A stretch of DNA of 64,000 nt from the human T2T-CHM13v2.0 reference genome, Homo sapiens, in NCBI RefSeq assembly GCF_009914755.1, contig NC_060930.1. The stretch is one strand, 5' to 3'. The notes below the pieces were generated by a model. That model had not been told where the DNA came from, searched no databases, and saw only the letters and a program-made list of their open reading frames with translations. The translations under genes were made by a program, and so were the position numbers. This document shows positions 54,576 to 64,000 of this stretch, one piece after another (within the stretch, counting starts at the first letter, position 1; each line of letters starts with the position of its first letter).

Positions 54576-54732
54576 TAAATTTCAGATGTGTTTTAATGTT
54601 TTCATTTAAAGTTTGCACACTTCTTAGTAATTTTTTTCATTAAAAACCTTTTTGTTTCTATTATATATGAGGTTATCGCCTCACAAAAATTTTAACTTTT
54701 TATTGTTTATATGAACAAAGGCAATTGTTTAA

Positions 54733-55084
<352 letters not shown>

Positions 55085-55087
55085 TAG

Positions 55088-55426
<339 letters not shown>

Positions 55427-55520
55427 TGAGTCACCGCGCCCGGCCGCAATTTTTTTTTTTTTTTTTTTTGAGAAGGAGTCTGGCTCTTGTTGCCCAGGCT
55501 AGAGTGCAATGGCGCCATAT

Positions 55521-55785
55521 TGTAGCAGGACGAGCCGCAGACAAAACTCCTCAGACACCGAGTTAAAGAAGGAATGGGTTTATTCGGCCGGGGGCATCGG
55601 CAAGACTCCTGTCTCAGGAGCCGAGCTCCCCCAGTGAGCAATTTCTGTCCCTTTTAAGGGATCACAACTCTAAGGGGGTGCGCTTGAGAGGGCCGTGATC
55701 GATTGAGCAAGCAGGGGTTATGTGACTAGGGGCTGCATGTCCCAGTAATTAGATCGGAACAAACAGGATAGGGATTTTCACAGTG

Positions 55786-55790
<5 letters not shown>
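55521..55790 (-). mobile_element. HERV-E/Harlequin LTR2, 3' ~270 bp only
   Basis: Minus strand reads AAAAGCACTGTGAAAATCCCTATCCTG...CTTAAAAGGGACAG...CCGAATAAAC...GTCTGCGGCTCGTCCTGCTACA, the LTR2 3' half as recalled. Confidence 0.85.
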
Positions 55791-55823
<33 letters not shown>

Positions 55824-56108
55824 AGACGGAGTCTCGCTCCGTGGTCCAGGCTGGCGTGCAGTGGCGCGATCTCGGCTCACTGCAAGCTCCGCCTCCCGGG
55901 TTCTCGCCATTCTCCTTCCTGCCTCAGCTTCGCGAGTAGCTGGGACTACAGGCGCCTGCAACCACGCCCGGCTAATTTTTTGTATTTTTAGTAGAGACGG
56001 GGTTTCACTGTGTTACCCAGGACAGTATCGATCTCCTGACCTCGTGATCCACCCACCTTAGCCTCCCAAAGTACTGGGATTACAGGCGTGACCCACCGTG
56101 CCCGGCCT

Positions 56109-59480
<3,372 letters not shown>

Positions 59481-59498
59481 TGTGGCTGGGATCATCTC

Positions 59499-59904
59499 TG
59501 ATAAGGTTTGGGTGTTTGTCCCCTCCAAATCTCATGTTGAAAGATCTCCAGTGTTGGAGCTGGGGCCTAGTGGGAGGCGTTTGGGTCATGGGAGCGGTTC
59601 TCTCATGAGTGGCTTAGTACTCTGCCCATGGTAATGAGTGAGCTTTCACTCTATTCGTTCACACGAGAGCTGATTATTTAAAAGAGCCTAGCAGCTCTCT
59701 TGCTCCTTCTCTCTCCATATGACACACCTACTCTTCCTTTGCCTTCTGCCACAAGTAAAAGCTTCCTGAGACTTCACCAGAATCCTAGTGGAGCTGGCCC
59801 CATGATTGTACAGCCTGCAGAACTGTGAGCCAAATAAATCTCTTTTCTTTATAAATTACTTAAACCCAGGTATTCCTTTACAACAACGCAAATGGACTAA
59901 TACA
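59499..59904 (+). mobile_element. MSTB-like MaLR solo LTR
   Basis: TGATAAGGTTTG...ccaaatctcatgttgaaa...ccaaataaatctcttttctttataaattac...ggactaataCA. Confidence 0.85.
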
Positions 59905-60026
59905 GTCTCCCTCTGCTGCCTCCAAGGTCACTCCTTGATCTTCACTGCTTTAGGCAGCCTTTTACCCTACTTTGTAGTTGGAGCTTCAGGGGCTTAACAT
60001 CTTAAAAGTTTTATTTTTTTTTTTAA

Positions 60027-60314
<288 letters not shown>

Positions 60315-60959
60315 TGAACCACCGCACCCAGCCAAACGATTTTTAAAAAATAATTACTATGTATAAAATAACAAATAGGTAATTTGGGTAATTTTATTTT
60401 GAACTCTTTGGCTAAATATTTTATGTACATATTGTCTCAGCAATCAGGAATTAAAATTTATAAACACTATTAACAAGCAATACTCTCTGATTTGAAGGAG
60501 AATCTAATTTGGAAGTCAGTCACATGATGATTGTGTTTTTAAGTTTTTTTTTCCATGCATTTGTTATTTTATGAATTGGTCTGAATGATGAGGCCAGGCA
60601 AGTGTATACATCTTTTCACTGGTAGAAAAATCTGTAGCAAAGCCTGTGCCCTTTTTACAACAATGACTTTTTTTTTTTTTTTTTTTTTTTTGAGATGAAG
60701 TCTCACTCTTGTGGCCCAGGCTGGAGTGCAATGGTGCTATCTGGGCTCACTGCAACCTCCATCTCCTGCCTCAACCTCCCGAGTAGCTGGGATTACAGGC
60801 GCCCATCAACACGCCCGGCTAATTTTTGTATTTTTGGTAGAGGCGGGGTTTCACCATGTTGGCCAGGCTGGTCTTGAACCCCTGACCTCAGGTGATCCAC
60901 CCGCCTCGGCCTCCCAAAGTGCTGGGATTACAGGCATGAGCAACCACACCCAGCCTGGA

Positions 60960-64000
<3,041 letters not shown>

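Overview
Human genomic DNA from the extended MHC class I region (6p22.1). It contains the complete MOG gene (+ strand; alpha1 CDS 19906-33875 in 8 exons, 744 nt = 247 aa, plus alternative exons) and, tail-to-tail with it, the complete KRAB zinc-finger gene ZFP57 (- strand; CDS 39728-35198 in 4 exons, 1611 nt = 536 aa; non-coding first exon in a CpG-rich promoter near 43.8 kb). The rest is very Alu-dense DNA with L1, L2/MIR, MaLR, ERV1 LTR and DNA-transposon relics; most ORFs in the supplied track are Alu artefacts. Structures not explained by the annotation: (1) a perfect 119-bp inverted duplication in MOG intron 2 with template-switch scars; (2) a 95-codon stop-free frame upstream of the ZFP57 ATG that is one nucleotide out of register with a strong upstream ATG, possibly a frameshifted ancestral N-terminus now acting as a uORF; (3) an orphan promoter-like module at ~12.8-13.4 kb that includes a CTCF motif overlapping a ZFP57 TGCCGC hexamer; (4) a second templated insertion inside a MOG intronic Alu; (5) a truncated HERV-E LTR2 with an apparent Alu-associated deletion upstream of ZFP57. 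Repeat subfamily names are from memory of consensus sequences, not from a search.
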